Of a stretch of 64,000 bases of DNA, positions 63,210 to 64,000 are shown piece after piece. The translations under genes were made by a program, and so were the position numbers. Source of the stretch: Gammaproteobacteria bacterium. GTDB lineage: Bacteria > Pseudomonadota > Gammaproteobacteria > Eutrophobiales > Eutrophobiaceae. The DNA lies in the NCBI GenBank assembly GCA_965215365.1, contig CBDCDS010000003.1:2400001-2464000 (forward strand). Reading direction: 5' to 3'. The notes beneath the pieces were generated by a model. That model did no database searches and was not told the origin of the DNA. It saw only the letters and a list, made by a program, of their open reading frames with translations. The first letter of the stretch is position 1. Each line of letters begins with the position of its first letter.

Positions 63210-63779
63210 TTACTCTGACCTCATACTTTTCAGCCTTGCATACAAGCGCTCCCAATCGAAGGCCGGGCCGGGGTCGGTCTTGCGACCCGGGGCGATGTGG
63301 CAATGCCCCCTGATGGTTTCCGGGGTCAGCTGCGGCCAGGCCTGTTGCAATGCTGTTATAACCCGAACCAGAGTGTGATACTGCTCGGGCTGGTAGGCGA
63401 TATCATCCGCACCTTCCAGTTCGATGCCGATGGAGAAGTCGTTACAGTTCTCCCTGCCGTTAAATTCCGAGCGACCGGCATGCCAGGCGCGCCGGTGGAA
63501 TGGCACGAACTGCACGACGTTCCCCGGTCGGTCGATTAACAGGTGCGCGGATACCCGCAAGTCTTTGATATCCTGCAACCGGGGATACGCGTGATAGTCT
63601 AGGGCGTTGCAGAACAACTGCTCGATGCAGGGCGTGCCGAACTCCCCCGGCGGCAGACTGATGCCGTGAATAACGAGCAGGTCTATCTCAACCCCCTGCG
63701 GCCGGTCGTCGCAGTTCGGCGACGGCGCACGCCGGGCGCCGCACAGCCACTGCGCCTTGTCGTCAAGTAACATGTTCAT
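63210..63779 (-). CDS. ampD: 1,6-anhydro-N-acetylmuramyl-L-alanine amidase
   Basis: SPNCDDRP, HGISLPPG, VSAH, AWHAG, SIGIELEG, RKTDPG. Confidence 0.95.
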   Translation of the reverse strand: MNMLLDDKAQWLCGARRAPSPNCDDRPQGVEIDLLVIHGISLPPGEFGTPCIEQLFCNALDYHAYPRLQDIKDLRVSAHLLIDRPGNVVQFVPFHRRAWHAGRSEFNGRENCNDFSIGIELEGADDIAYQPEQYHTLVRVITALQQAWPQLTPETIRGHCHIAPGRKTDPGPAFDWERLYARLKSMRSE

Positions 63780-63890
63780 GTTATACAGGATGTTACCGGC
63801 TGCCCACCGTGAAATAAAGTATCATGTTCGTTATTCCGGGCTTGGCCGGTTCAAGACATCATTCCTCAAAGTTGAGTAAAATGACAGGCT

Positions 63891-64000
63891 ATGCCAGACA
63901 CTACGAACAGGCCGCCGCTGCCGGCCGATATTGGCAGCGCCGTGCGCCGCGCCTTGAACGAAGACCTAGGTACGGGCGATCTGACTGCCGGGCTGCTCCC
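63891..64000 (+). CDS. nadC: Quinolinate phosphoribosyltransferase, 5' part cut by the window edge
   Basis: AVRRALNEDLGTGDLTAGL; divergent from ampD as is typical. Confidence 0.8.
   Translation, partial: MPDTTNRPPLPADIGSAVRRALNEDLGTGDLTAGLL

Overview
Bacterial chromosomal window, most consistent with a GC-rich Gammaproteobacterium (inferred from gene content and gene order). The backbone holds housekeeping and metabolic genes: comEC, lolC/E/D, tsaB, gcvH, asnS, a yoaA-like helicase, efp, parC, ppiD, tRNA-Val and tRNA-Asp, coaX, birA, a sulfur cluster (rhodanese, cysH, cysB, TauE/SafE, SoxH-like MBL), ETF-QO, a six-gene TonB2-type operon, dapE, aceA, a sigma54-type urease operon, a TonB-dependent receptor, ampE/ampD and the start of nadC. 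The accessory content is: (i) two visibly AT-richer two-gene cassettes flanking efp that look like defence systems, one an AAA_14/DUF4143 ATPase-nuclease translationally coupled to a large STAND/NACHT-like protein that lacks its own P-loop and ends in a PD-(D/E)XK nuclease, the other a PHP-ABC-ATPase overlapping a Schlafen/AlbA_2 protein; (ii) three IS481-family copies, two of them sitting exactly 5 bp from the terminal repeat of a second IS type, whose transposase is broken by one TGA; (iii) a class III cyclase with its AAA core deleted, paired with a Crp regulator; (iv) several small palindromic or tandem repeat families. All family assignments come from motif recognition by eye; no database search was run.
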